Assembly: GCA_012295275.1 (NCBI GenBank)
Contig: CM022666.1
Span: 4,464,001-4,528,000, forward strand
Length of the DNA stretch: 64,000 nucleotides
Source: Chrysomallon squamiferum
Taxonomy: Eukaryota > Animalia > Mollusca
Reading direction: 5' to 3'
Shown here: positions 47,978 through 62,101 of the stretch, in pieces
Layout of the letters: each line of letters begins with the position of its first letter
How positions within the stretch are numbered: position 1 is the first letter of the stretch
Notes under the pieces: generated by a model
The model's input: only the letters and a program-made list of their open reading frames with translations
Databases searched by the model: none
Told to the model about the DNA's origin: nothing
Made by a program: the position numbers and the translations under genes

Positions 47978-48098
47978 TACTGTTGAACAGTATATCTTAT
48001 AAAACATAAAACAGATATCAAACTTAAGTTGTAAGATATAACTTGTATGTACCAAACATTATGTGACATTTACTTAAATAATAGTCTGATCATACATG

Positions 48099-48141
<43 letters not shown>

Positions 48142-48212
48142 ACACAGACACACACACACACACACAGTGCAAGTCTGGTTAACATCAACAAAATAATTAA
48201 AATGGAAATACA
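47978..48212 (+). repeat. Dispersed local repeat, copy C, with internal (CA)n
   Basis: TTGAACAGTATATCTTATAAAACATAAAACA...ATAGTCTGAT...GTCTGGTTAACATCAAC...TTAAAATGGAAATA, shared with copy A. Confidence 0.85.
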
Positions 48213-49263
48213 CATAATTGTTTTAAGTCACAGAACGTCATGCAGACTTTAGTTTTTTTTCACGTGTTGAATATTTGTTGTATCTTACATCAGAAAATAT
48301 ACAAGTATCTGTATATTAATAGACAAAATAGCAGATAAATACTTTACAAGTGTGCATGAAAAAATATGTCAAACAGAAAAAAAAATAATGTGAAATGTGT
48401 GTCAAGCATACATAAAACATGAACTAAATCACTGCTATTTCTGCATAGTTGTAACAATACATAACACAGATTTATGCTGTTGAAATAGGAACAGGATCGA
48501 AAACTGTCGAAAAGGAAAAGTTTCTGCAGTGTAAAAATGACTTGAGATACACGTTTATATAATACAACACCTACTACTCAAATACACACAACACAGAGGT
48601 TCAAAAAGTTGTGTATGTTCTTAGGGATTGCATGGAAGTGAATATTGTATAATACACATATCAAACATATCAAATACACTAGATAATATACTTTTAAAAA
48701 TTCGTCATATAAAGTATTATATATATAAAAAAAAACGATATTGTATTAATTGTATATCAAAGGTATGAAATGTTTTATAAAAAAAAAAAAAAGGTAATAA
48801 ACTATGAAATATAAAACAGTATCGAAATACATCAATATCAAATGTGGTAATACGTGACTGAAATGTGTCAAACAATATGACAAAAAAAAAAGAAAAGAAA
48901 AGAAGAAAAAAGATAGCTATTTCAAAAACAATTTAAAAATCCATATCAAAAACAACAAACAAACAACAACAAAAAAGATAGAAAAAAACACACCTGATAT
49001 TTCCCGACATCCACCAATCCAGCAACAGAAAACAATAAACAAAAAAAAAAAAAAAATCCACAACACTTTCCTTTAACGAATGACTGTTTTGTATTCAGAA
49101 ATACAACAATATTTATCTTACATACACATGTATATATATATTATATATCAATAAATATATATATATATATATAAAAATCCCTCTCTCTCTTGTTCAGTTC
49201 TTCAGGACTGTTACATCACATCTCGACTTAAAACTGCTTAGCCTTCCAGTGCTACACTCGACA

Positions 49264-49332
49264 GAGTGATAGCACACAAACACGTGAGAGAGACTTTTAT
49301 AGCCAGTCCCTTTCACAACAAACTCAGCCAAT
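49264..49332 (-). promoter_or_regulatory. Candidate minus-strand core promoter (TATA, Inr-like, CCAAT, E-box)
   Basis: TATAAAAG on the minus strand at 49294-49301; Inr-like CTATCACTC 31-34 nt downstream; CACGTG at 49281-49286; CCAAT at 49328-49332. Confidence 0.55.
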
Positions 49333-49468
49333 AACAACCACTGAAGAGAGAGAGAGCTAGAGAGAGAGAGAGAGAGAGAGAGCAAGAGAGACACAGAGAG
49401 AGAGAGAGAGAGGGAGAGCTTAGACCACATTCACAGCTGAAGTGAGGGTGAGCTGTATGCAGCACTGT

Positions 49469-49500
49469 TATAAAGACGAGAGGAATTTGTGACTTTCACC
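49469..49500 (+). promoter_or_regulatory. Candidate plus-strand core promoter
   Basis: TATAAAG at 49469-49475; TTCA with A at 49498, 29 nt downstream; followed by an exon-like segment ending in a perfect donor. Confidence 0.45.
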
Positions 49501-49664
49501 GTCGACAGATTAAAACTCGAGTATTCATGACGGTCACCAGTTTTTTTTAAACGAAAAAAAAAATATATATGTTTTAGTGTATTCTCAAAAAAGTAACTGT
49601 TTGTAAAATGTGGCGTTTGGTTTGAGAAATATATCAGTGTGGAGAAGAAACATTCGGAAGGAGA

Positions 49665-49680
49665 ATGGATAGAGAATTAG
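49665..49680 (+). CDS. Candidate first coding micro-segment MDREL plus 1 nt (phase 1) of an unidentified gene
   Basis: AGAATGG strong Kozak context (A at -3, G at +4); TAG|GTAAGT donor at 49680/49681; no convincing next exon in the window. Confidence 0.45.
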
Positions 49681-50874
49681 GTAAGTGTTGTTAATTTGTT
49701 TGTTTAACACATTTTTGTTTTTTTTGTTTTTTGTGTGTGATTGTGATGTTTTTAGATAAGAATAATGACAACAGCAATAACAAGTGTGCAGGGAAAGATA
49801 AATGGATTGGTTTATTCTATTTTGTTCAGTACTCTCTGTGTGTGTGTGTATGTGTGTGTGTGTGCGTGTGTTTGTGTGTCTGTGTATGTGTGTGTTTTAA
49901 AAACAACTGTATTCTGTTATGAGAGGCGTGAAATAAAATGGATAAGTTTATATGTATTAGAGAAACAGAGAAAAAAAGAGAGAGAGGGACGAGAGAGGGA
50001 AGGAAGGCGAGAGAGAGGAATAGAAAGTTAGAAAGGAAGAGAGAGATAAAGAGAGAGAGCGACAGAAGGAGAGTTTACATTATTTGGTATTTGAATATTA
50101 AGCACATCTGTTTTGTATGTATAGACATTTTTATGAATCAGTATGGTTGTTTTTATTTTATTTTTTTTATTTCACTGAACAATTTTTAAAGTAGATAAAT
50201 ATTACAACTCAATACTGGGACTGTTTAACTTTTAAGAATTTTGTTTTGTTTGTTTTGTTTCTTGTTTTATTTATTTATTTATTTATTTATTATTTTTTTT
50301 ATGTACATGATAAATCTAAAAAAAATTGTAATTTGAGTTATTGTGATATTGTAACCATGTAATAGTCATGTAATTTTCAGTTGTACTGATACTGTAACCA
50401 TGTATTAGATATTGAAAATTATGCTGTTACATTCTAATCATGTAATACAAATGTAACTGTCAGTTAAGATGTAACCATGCAATACATATATAATTGTGAG
50501 TTATGCTGATTTTGTAACCATGTAACAAATAGTGTAACCAGTAATACACATGTAACCAAGTTATAATGATTTTGTAATTGTAAGCTGTACTGAAATGGTT
50601 ACAACAATGATTAACACCATTACAGTTACTGCTACTACTGCTACAACAACTGCAGCTACTGTATTGTTGTTTTTTTACTTTTTAACGGCCTCTGTTACTA
50701 CTACTACTGCCACTATTACTACTACTTATACTGTCATCACTATTACCACTAATATCACTGCTACTAATATCACATATTCTGCTATCACCAACATTACTAC
50801 TACTTTTACTACAACTACTACGACTGCAGATGGCTTTTGCTGAGTTCATGTGCCATTTTTAGATTGTGATCACA

Positions 50875-51022
50875 AGTGTGTGTGTATGTGTCTGTGTGTA
50901 GTTTTGTGTGTGTGTGTGTAGTTGTGTGTATGTGTCTGTGTGTAGTTTTGTGTGTGTGTGTGTAGTTGTGTGTATGTGTGTGTGTATGTGTCTGTGTGTA
51001 GTTTTGTGTGTGTGTGTGTGTG
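50875..51022. repeat. GT-rich short-unit repeat
   Basis: GTGTATGTGTCTGTGTGTAGTTTTGTGTG repeated about 3 times. Confidence 0.9.
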
Positions 51023-51218
51023 GGGGTGATTGGGAGGTATGTTGTACACATTAGTAATGAATCTGGGTTTTATTTAAATTGCATTAAACAGGAACTTAAT
51101 TTAATTTGATTTTGATTCAATTTAATTTAATTTAATTTTATGTTTTTTTTTTAATTTTTACTTTTTTATTTTATTATTATTTTAATTTTTTATTTATTTT
51201 ATTTTTATTTTTTTTTTT

Positions 51219-51260
<42 letters not shown>

Positions 51261-51669
51261 AAGTTTTAGATGTCTACGAAAATAAAATCTTCCTACTAGC
51301 AAAAAAATGCACATTATGCAACCCTCCCCCCCTCTCTCTAAATCAAATCCTTTGGAAGAGGCCTGGATTTTTCCTCTCTCTCTCTCTCTTGACTTATGTT
51401 AATGTGCGGGTTATTGTTAGTGCAATTTATGTGCATGGTTACGACATTCTCGGTACAGTATATGTGTTTATGTGTCAGACAAGCACGAAAATGATAACTT
51501 ACGTGTAACTGTAACTCGTGGGTAGTAATAAAATGGCTGCATTCTGTAAAGAATTTTGTGCATTTTTGCTCTGTTTTGATGGATTTTCATACATAACAGT
51601 TCTGTGATAATTATCACGATTTCTCAGTTTTCAAAATGTTTTTTTTTGTGGGTTCTGCTTTTGGATCAC

Positions 51670-52200
51670 AGTTTAGATAACCGATTAAGATAACAATTTG
51701 AATGATAGATTAGATAATAAATTCCTACAATGACTTGCATAATGCTTTTATATAATGGTTTAGATAATACGTTCCTGTAGAATTTCATGTTTTAAATTCA
51801 AATGACTTACATAAATGATTTAGATAATAAATTTGGTTAATGATTGAAATACTAATCTAGATAATGATTTAGATAATAATTCAGATAATATTATGAGATG
51901 ATTTTGATAAGAAAAGGACTATTTTGATAATGATTTTGACAGTAATCTAGATAATGATAGAGATAATAATTCAGATAATAAATTGAGTAGATTAAGATAA
52001 AACAACTATTTAGATAATCATCTATTAGCTAATGATTCAGATATTGATCTAGATAATATTCAAATTAATAATCTGGATAATGATTCAGAATATAACTTAC
52101 ATATGTATCTGAACTGAAGTATCTAAATAATGACAGTCAGTTATTCAGATTTCATTTTCAGATATCTATTTCCAAATACAAAGTGTAGATAACTTGATTA
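51670..52200. repeat. Degenerate (TTTAGATAATGA)-like satellite
   Basis: AGATAAT core recurs many times at short irregular spacing. Confidence 0.75.
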
Positions 52201-52204
52201 ATTG

Positions 52205-52239
<35 letters not shown>

Positions 52240-52652
52240 TAATAAAAATGTATCTACTCTGATGAAAAATGTCTATATATCCAGATTTTTTAAATGATCT
52301 GAATGAACGATTTCAATGAATGGGACTGTACAGAACAAACACATTGCAAACATGTGGTGAAGTACAACAGAGATCTGAATTGAGTTGTCCGACACAAAAA
52401 TTTATTAATTAATCATTTTGTATGTGTTAAATGAGGTGTTTGTGGGACTTGGTGTAAATACTGTTAACACAACTGGTCACACGTTAAAACAACAGATGGT
52501 CTCACGTCGCGGTTTTACAAATACTGCAAAATGTCACCGTATTCAGTATGCATGCAAATAAGAAAACACTAATCGTGGCCAATATTAAAACAGCATACGG
52601 TAAAAAAAAAAAAAAAATAAATAAATAAATAATAATAAAAATAATAAAAATA

Positions 52653-52714
<62 letters not shown>

Positions 52715-52901
52715 GCATTAGACACTGCAGGAGTTTAATTTAATTTAAATTTAATTCAATTTAAATTTTTTTGAATTTAATTTATCTTAATTTAATTTTA
52801 ATTTTATTTTATTTAGAATTAGATGTCTACAAAAATAGAAACTTCCTACTAATAAAAATTCAGGTTATGCAACATAATAATATAATAAAAATATAATAAA
52901 A

Positions 52902-52974
<73 letters not shown>

Positions 52975-53731
52975 GAAAATGAACAAAAAAGAACAAAAAA
53001 ATCACTTCTACTGTTACAGCTACTACCACTAATACTACTACAACTACTACTACTGCCCCTGATACTACTATTAAAAATAACACAATGCTGACAGACAACA
53101 ATAATAACAATAACCCAAATAACAACAACGACAACATTAACACTGTAATAACAACAACAATGGTATCTCAGCTACTACCACTACTACTACTACTACTACT
53201 CCTACTCCTTTTCCCTCTCCTACTACTACTACTTCTACTTCTACTACTTCTACTAATAATATAGTATCAACAGCAAGAATAACAACTACAACAACAACCA
53301 CAACAACTGTAATAATAACCTGACTCTAATATACGATACAGACTATAAAACATGCACAGTTTATCTATGTAGCAATTTACGGACAAACGCACGTACAGAC
53401 ACTTTACAAATGAGATTTCTGACATGTTTTACTGCCAAAAAAAACCCAACAAAAAACATGGAAACATGGATTTTGTGTTGTTGCCTTAAATAAAAAAAAA
53501 AAAAAAAAAAAGAATCTGCTGAAAACACTTGTTCTTTTCAATGTGATCTAGGATAATTTGATTATAGCCAGTGAGTAATTATTTCAAAGAAAAATGGTGG
53601 AAATTCAAGTGTTTCTGTTTTCTTTCTATTTTTTTTTTTTTTTTTAAATCTTGTAGTGAGAGCTGTTTGAACCTAATTCACACTTTACAATTGCTGTTGT
53701 AGTTGTTGTTGTTGGTGTAGTTTTTGATGTT

Positions 53732-53785
<54 letters not shown>

Positions 53786-56184
53786 TTATTTACTAAATAA
53801 ACTAAAATCAGTATTGTTCCAACCCAAGCCACAGAAATCTTGAATTTTTAGCCTATTACTGGATAACATAAATAAACAAATTAATTAATTAATTAATTAA
53901 TTAATGTTACTGAGGAAATGAATGAATAAATAAATAAAAAATACTCTGTTATTGTAACCAAACTAAATTATGTAACTGTACCCAGTACATTCGTTTTTTA
54001 GTGCAAATGGTAACAATTAGTTATTTTCTTTAATTGTAACCAGTATATACACTGTCTGAAAATGTAACCATTACATTTTTACTCTGTTACAAGAACACCT
54101 GAAATGTGTAATCATAACATGTATATTTACTGTAACCTGGAAATGTAATTAAAACATTTGTGTAACCAACTGTAACCACCAGACATCATTATCTTTATCT
54201 GTAACCATGCTGTATGTACGACTACCATAATTCTTCATTATGTTCTTTACTAAACGGTCCATAACAGTAACCACAGAAATCAGCTCTAGGGACCACGACA
54301 TTATACTTTGACTTCAGCAGGATTAATAACAGCAGGCTCTTTCATCTTCTGCGAGATCAAAACAACATCAAAAAAAAAGATTCCGGTTACCAATGGCTGG
54401 CTATGTTTTCAGTTCTAGTTTTGGTTTTCACTTTATAAAAAGAAATTAATCTTGTTCCGTGACGAATTTAGCTATTTTTAAATTTTGGTTTCTTCTTCTT
54501 TATTTTAAATTATATTATAAGATTTTTTACAAAAAACTTTTTTTTCTTTTTTTTTCAGATAAGTATAAGTATGAATTATTGATTTGTATTATTATGTTTC
54601 CAATCCAGTATATCTTTGAGCAGTCAGTCAGAAATCATGCAAGAGAAAGAATGAATGAATAATGAATAATTAAAAAGGAAAGAATAATGAAAGAAATGAA
54701 TAATTATTAAAGGATGAATAATGAATAATTAAAAAAAAAAGATAATAAATTGATATGAAAGAATAATACATACATAAATAAATAAATAATAATGTATAAC
54801 AGATGTCAAAAAACAAATAAATGAATAATAAATGATCTGAAAATGAATGAATGAATAAAAAGTGAATAACTAAATGAATGAGTCTACATGGAATAAAATA
54901 TACCAGATGTGTGTTTGTGAACAGCTATTAGGCCAATAGTTATTAAGAGCAGCAGATAAATGAATAATAAATGAATAATATAAAAAAATGAACTGATAAT
55001 GAATAAACAAGCCTCCAAAACATTTTTTTTTTTTTAAACAGTTGTTACACCAATTTCACATTCTATGTTTTAATAAATATATGCTTCATGAAACCTAAAG
55101 CAAAAACTCCCTGTTTAAACAATTAGCATAAATTAATTATCTTTTTAACATTTATCCATCTTTGTATATATTAATTAAGGCACATACAACCTTCAAACCT
55201 AGAAAACAGAAAAAAAAAAAAAAACACTGCCTTCGGTAAATCTGTTTTGGAGTACCAACTGGAATTGGAAATTTCCTAATGCATTACACCAAAGTGAATT
55301 GATCCTGTGGGCCATCATGTCTCATAGCCACTTCTTCTGACCATTATGCCACATGGGAAATTTAATTTGAGAACATCTGTTGAGTAAATCATTGACAATA
55401 TTTTACTAAATGCATTTAATTGTCGTATCAAACACACCACTGCTATCATTGCTGTCATTCAGTATGTAGGGAATGATTACGTAATTTCTGAATTGATATC
55501 AGTTTATGAAATGTGTTAATTTTGGAAAAGGCTGCAGTGATACAGTTACAAAATGTGACAGTAATATTGTTACAAAATATGTCTTAATTGCATATAAATG
55601 TTTCCCTGATAGTGTTATAAAATGTGTCAGTGATATCCTTGCACAATAGCGCCCTGATATAATTACCATTCGTCACAGTAATACAGCTACCAAATGCCTC
55701 GAATGAAAGTAATAATAGATGAGAATTAAGCAGAGGACATCTGATATTCGTCAGAAAATTCCACACATTTTTTTTTTTTTATTATTATCAAGCAAAAACA
55801 TTTTACATCACTCATTTTACTTATATTCCAAAACAGCTCCCTTCAGATGAAATATAGAAAGAAAAAAAAATCCAGGCTAATTAAATGATCATTTTCATGT
55901 TTAATTGACTCCAAAGTCCGTGGGTTTTTTTTTTTTTTTTTTTTTTTTTTTTCCGTGCAAAATAAATCAGTTTTCGGTGATTTTATGTTTTCTGTTGGTT
56001 CTTGTATCTATGTTCAGAATCTTTCCCATTATTGATCGAGTTTAGTCTTAAGCAGCATTAACTGTGAGAAAGAGGAATGAGAAAGTTTAAACCACCACTC
56101 ACTCCCAAGCTGCAGTTTGAAGACAGCAGTCAAACTGGACTGCTTGCTGTCTTCTCTTGAATGAAAATGTCACAACATTCAGAA

Positions 56185-56220
<36 letters not shown>

Positions 56221-56394
56221 AAAAAAAAGAAGAGATGAAAAAGCTGAAGATGGATTAAATTGTGAAGGAAGAAGATACATGACATTGAAAAAAAAGAACA
56301 AAATGTCTCAACATGGAGAAGACTGAAAGAGAGAAAATGGGTCAATATGGAAATAAAAAAAAAAACATGTCAGGATATGAAGAGGACAAACTCA

Positions 56395-56441
<47 letters not shown>

Positions 56442-56713
56442 ATGAATGAATGAATGAATGAATGAATGAATGAATGAATGAATGAATGAAATCTTTTAGT
56501 ATGCTAAAGATATAAAAAAAAAAATGTTTCAGCATGTTATGAATATAAACAAAGAGAAAATATCACAAAACGGAAAGATAAAGTCACAACATGAAGAAGT
56601 CACAAATATAGGAAAATTTTCAAAGCATGAAAAAAAAACGAATCTTTTTCAGCATGAAAAATTCATGAAGAACATGTATTACAGTATTACATGCTTATCT
56701 CCATGAGCACTTT

Positions 56714-56756
<43 letters not shown>

Positions 56757-58135
56757 CTGACAGAGTATCTCAAAGTAAAATAATCAGATACACACAAAAA
56801 AAAAAAAAAAAAAATCTCAACATTTTCAAGTCATTTTTAGATTAAAAAAAACACAAAAAAAAAAAAAAAAAAAATGACAGAAAACAATCACCAAAAGGTC
56901 TTAACATGAAGAGTACTTTACAAAATTCCTGAAATTTCTCAACGAGGAAGAAAACATCAAAAATCCAAAAAAAAAAATCACAACACGGAGAAGACAGAAG
57001 CTGATAATGCCACAACAAGGAGAAGATGAAACATTGCTTTATAGCAAGCCTTGTAACAGATGGGAGCAGAGATTAACAGCACAAAATCAATTGTAATGAA
57101 AATCAGTGGACGAGAAGAAAGGGGTCTTGATTTTAATGATGATTTGCAAGCTTATTGTTTATCTCAGAAAGTGCCGCTTTTATGATGATTGAATTAAAAA
57201 TTGCTGCATCATTTCATTTCATTACTTAGCCGGGGATAAAAATGATGGAAGATTTTTTACTGTGATGAGAGAGAAACGATTATTTTCGTTTGTAAGAAAA
57301 ATTTATCAGAATTCGTTTCATAATCTGTTTATTCTGTTTTGCTTAAATTATTACAAAACATATCGGTAATTAATTTAAATAAAATAATCTTTTTTTAGTT
57401 CCACATACAACAGTAAAAAAAGTATTTTAAATTTTACATTTAGCATAAAATATTTTGATCTATCCTCATCAGTCAACCCAAAGTGCAATTTACCATTCCA
57501 ACCAGGACTCCATTAGTGCTTTATCAAAAATCAAGTTTTACTATCAATGAGAAGGTGTGTATAAAAAAATACATTACTGCTAATTAAAAAAAAAAAAAAA
57601 AAAATTAATAACCTGTGGGTTTCTTCTCCATTTATATCTATTCTCCTTAATCATATGAATGACATCATTAAACCATAGACTTCAAAAAAAAAAAATAAAT
57701 AAATAAAAAAATTGGATACGTCATTAAATAAAATATTTCTTCTTTCTTCAGACACTGCAGACCTGTTATTACATTTCTACATTTTCGGTAATGTTCCCTC
57801 ATTTCTTACATTGTCAGACCGCATTATACAGATGCTCCGTTAAAACTTCAACTTGTGTTGTCTCAATGAGATAATTTATACATCTGCAACAGCTAAATTC
57901 GGCAGCCCCAAGGGTTACAGAAGTTACAACAGCTTCTGAAGTTAATGTAGATGTCTGCATCAGTTTCGAAACCTACTGACTGGGGTGCAATAAATTCCAG
58001 TATTCCACGTTTAGTCATGATTCTGATACTGAAGTGTGATTCAAATCAGTTACAGAGCACCGTGCTTGAGACTTGAATAAAACTATAATAGAATATTATT
58101 ATGAAGCAGAATATGTATAAAACACTTTTATTAGA

Positions 58136-58630
58136 CTGATGAAGAGTTACATATATTGATGAAGTGTTATGTATATTGAAGTGTTGCTTATATTGATGAA
58201 GTGTTACCTATATTGATGAAGTGTTACATATGTTGATGAAGTGTTACATATGTTGACAAAGTATTACATATATTAATGAAGTGTTATTTATACTGATGAA
58301 GTGTTACATACATTGAGGAAGTGTTACTTACACTTATGAAGTGTTACCTTTATTGATGAAGTGTAACAAATATTAAGGATTAGGTATATTAATTGTTACA
58401 TATATTGATGAGCTGTTACATATACTGATGAAGTGCTTTTTATATTGATGAATTGTTAAATATATTGATGAAGTGGTACATATATCATTGAAATGTTACA
58501 CATATTGATGAAGTGTTTCATATTCTGATGAACTGGTACACATATTGATGAACTGGTACACATATTGATGAACTGCTACACATATTGATGAAGTGTTTCA
58601 TATTCTGATGAATTGTCAACACATATTGAG
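58136..58630. repeat. 20-bp minisatellite, ~24 copies
   Basis: TATTGATGAAGTGTTACATA unit; GTGTTA at 58201, 58221 and 58241. Confidence 0.95.
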
Positions 58631-58799
58631 TTTCAACTGAATACTTATTTGTAAATTATCTAAATGTCTATGTACTTTCATTTAGTCAATACATACGGAT
58701 AAAATGTCATTTTGTATTAATGAAGAAAGATATATGTTCAGATAGCTAGACTCATATAGAAAAAAGATTGTCTAGAAAGACACACACATATATATTGAT

Positions 58800-58874
<75 letters not shown>

Positions 58875-59252
58875 AGAGAGAGAGAGAAAGACAGACATAT
58901 ATAAAAACAGAGCCAGATAAAGACACAGATAGAAAAAGAGAGACAGACAGCTAGATAGAGAGAGAGAGACAGACAGAAATAGAAAAACAAAGACAGACAG
59001 ATATATATAGAGAGAGAGAGTTGGAGAGACAAAGTGAAAGAGAGAGAAGAAATAGACAAAGAGAACAAGAGAGAGAGAGAGAGAGACAGAGACAGAGAAA
59101 AAGAGACAGAGAGAGACAGAGAGAGATACAGAGACAGAGACAGAGAGAGATAGAGAAAAAGAGAGACAGAGAGAGAGAGAGAGAAGAAAGACAGAGAGAA
59201 AATGAAAAAATTCAGTAAAAAGTTAATTTGTAGCAACTGATATACTGACACA

Positions 59253-59336
59253 TGGCTGGATTGGGAAATATCTCAATCAGGACACCTGGGAAGAATTGAT
59301 CCCACATCTCGACATACACCACTTGAATTACATTCC
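59253..59336 (-). mobile_element. Degenerate probable SINE 5' fragment
   Basis: TGGCTGGATTGGGAAATATCTCAAT resembles 30605 and the reverse complement of 38071-38103; minus strand has A-box-like TAATTCAAGTGGT and B-box-like GGATCAATTC. Confidence 0.4.
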
Positions 59337-59755
59337 ATTCCATGAATACTATTATTCACAACACATGTAACATATTTTCTTCTTCTTCTTCTTTTTATCA
59401 TACCTTGTTAACAATTGTTAACTTGTTTCTGAACCATACAGGTATTATTTTCCTTTGATGTATCTCATTAAGGTGTAATAATGATTTCCAATAATGTAAA
59501 TACCTATGTTTTAGTTTACAGATACAAGTATGTCATGCATCTGCTGAAATACCAGGTAACAGATTTTTAGGTTTAGAGGAGAAGAAAGAAAAAATCTATT
59601 TTGCAAAAATGTATTTTTTTTTTTTTTTTTTTAAATTCAAGCTTAGGATGTAAAGTTTTTTTTTTTTCTTTTTATGGAAATGTAATTGTTTGAGTATTAT
59701 CCTTTTGAAGATTATTATTATTATTACTATGAAGATTATATTATTATTTTTATTA

Positions 59756-59794
<39 letters not shown>

Positions 59795-61081
59795 TTTATT
59801 TTATTTTAGAAAGGGGGTAACAAATATGTAAAGTATGTTTTTACTGTTATGTGATATTTTAAAAAAAAAGCATCTAATAAATATTTAAATGATAAAGTTT
59901 ATGGGCTGTGCTGTCTATTTTTTTAAAATCCTCAATAGTATTTAATATTATATATATATATATATATTATATAATAAAAAAGGACTGGATTTTTTTTTTT
60001 TTTTTATTTTTTTTCTTCCACAAAACTTTTTTTAATTGGATTTATTTGTTTATAATTTTTTATTTTTATTTATTTTTATGTGACTTCAGAAATTTAAAAG
60101 TTATTCTACAGACCTCCTTAAAGCAAAACACAACAAATATAAAAAAAAAATCTCAACCTTTCATAATAATAAAGTACCAGACTTTTTAACTATTTCTTTT
60201 TTTTTTTTTTTTTTTTCACCATTTTTCTTTTTCTTTTCCACTAAACTACTGCTATAAACCTTGTTGATATTCAAACACATTATACATTATTATTATTTTT
60301 TTTTAAATTTTCAGACTTTCATAATAATAAAAGTCGGGACACTACTTTCTTTCTTTTTTAACTCTAGCTTCTTTCTTTTTCACTGCTCTCTTTTCTACTA
60401 AGTTAAATTCCACCACAGACAGTAGCCAGCTTCAAGAAGTTTAAAAAATTATCACACAAACACACATCACACCTTTCTGGACTGCCATGTTTTTAAAAAC
60501 CAGTCTCTGTCCAATTTGACAGGTTTCCATCATCGTGACACTCACAGCCAGACAAACCACACTGACTGAGGCGGAGATGAGAGGCTCACCTAAATTAACT
60601 AATTTACTTAAAAGACTGAGTCTGTCTGCACTCAGTCATTGCTTGACCGGGTCAGTATTTCACATACATCTGTCATGATGCAGACACTACAGAGATGTCT
60701 TATTACCAAGTGATGAAGGTTTTTTTTTTTTTTTTTTTTTGTGGTTATCTTTCTGTGTCTGTGGGAAATATGTCAAAAATAATTGACTGGTACAGTAGCT
60801 TAAACTTCCAGTTTTAACAATGGTAAATAAGGATTGTGTGGTAGAGAAAATCCGAAAAAAAAAAAAATGAAGAATATATTCACAAACCAAAAGACGAAAG
60901 CAGGAAGGAATCTTTTATAAGAACCACCCCATAAACAGGAGAGTACATTCCAGGATATTTGTTAGTCTAGTCATTAAATTACTGGAAAGAATGAGATATA
61001 GTCTGATGTGTCCATTGAGAAGGATTGATCTCAAGAACCACAGGTTGTTGAACGAATACTCCACCATTTTCCCCTGCTTAC

Positions 61082-61136
61082 CCAATCTGTTTGTACAGTC
61101 TAAATGCAGTATTGGTAGTATAACACGTTTATTGAA
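61082..61136 (-). other. Weak candidate 55-nt exon (FNKRVILPILHLDCTNRL plus 1 nt)
   Basis: GTCCTTTCAG| acceptor and TGG|GTAAGC donor; open in frame 0; phase-compatible with 43164-43243. Confidence 0.2.
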
Positions 61137-61410
61137 CTGAAAGGACACTGAACTGCTGTTTAAATATCATTATCACCACAGAGCTAAACAAGTGGTTCCC
61201 GTAAATAAGTAATCCTGTGGTTATAATATCCAGACAGAAATCTTGGCAGATTTACATTTTATTTCATGGATTAGGTGTCGGAGACAAATAAAATGTAGCT
61301 AATTACACAGAAGGGACCCAATAATCTAGTTTGAAATGAAGTTTTTATATTTGATTGTGGATACGTTCACCCAGTCCAACATCTTAATTTAAGGTTTGCT
61401 GAACTGAAGG

Positions 61411-61450
<40 letters not shown>

Positions 61451-61989
61451 ACTTCGATCTTGAACCAAAATGTTGATGTGGGTATTTTGTTCATGTTCTT
61501 GTTTTCGGTGAAAGACCTTGCAGCACATTAACCCCAGCTCTTAATGCTTTAGATAAATTGTTTTCTGCTTTCTTTCATTCCTGAAAAGAGTCCAGTGCAA
61601 ACCTCATCAGTTTTTCCCATACAAGTTGTCGGTACGTGTGTGTGTCCTTCACAAACATCTTTAGTGATGGTGCCCAAGGCAGAGCTGGGTGATAATTCCC
61701 TCATTTCTCATCACTGTTGTCCTGTTACTGAGAGCAGATCCAGAAGAAGAAAAAAAAAAAAAAGGTCATCAGATCTTGTGTCACTGAACATTCTCAAAAG
61801 AAACAGTGTTGAACTGATCACCTAATTCCAGATCTGTCAATATTTAATAATTTTATTTCTCAGTATTTAATTTTTTTTTTTTTTGGGGTTTTTTTTTTTT
61901 TTTTTTTTTACTTACTGTCTTTCCTAATGTCTATTTTTTTTTTTTATTCTATTGCTTTTAATTGCTCTTTCTCTTCACTTTCTCTAAAA

Positions 61990-62101
<112 letters not shown>

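Noticed and set aside
48651-48673. Minus-strand TGATATGTTTGATAT resembling miR-190
   Set aside because: Low complexity and no complementary star arm at the proper distance.
57752-57843. Possible plus-strand second exon after TTCTTTCTTCAG
   Set aside because: Weak donor, early stop on read-through and an unrecognisable peptide.
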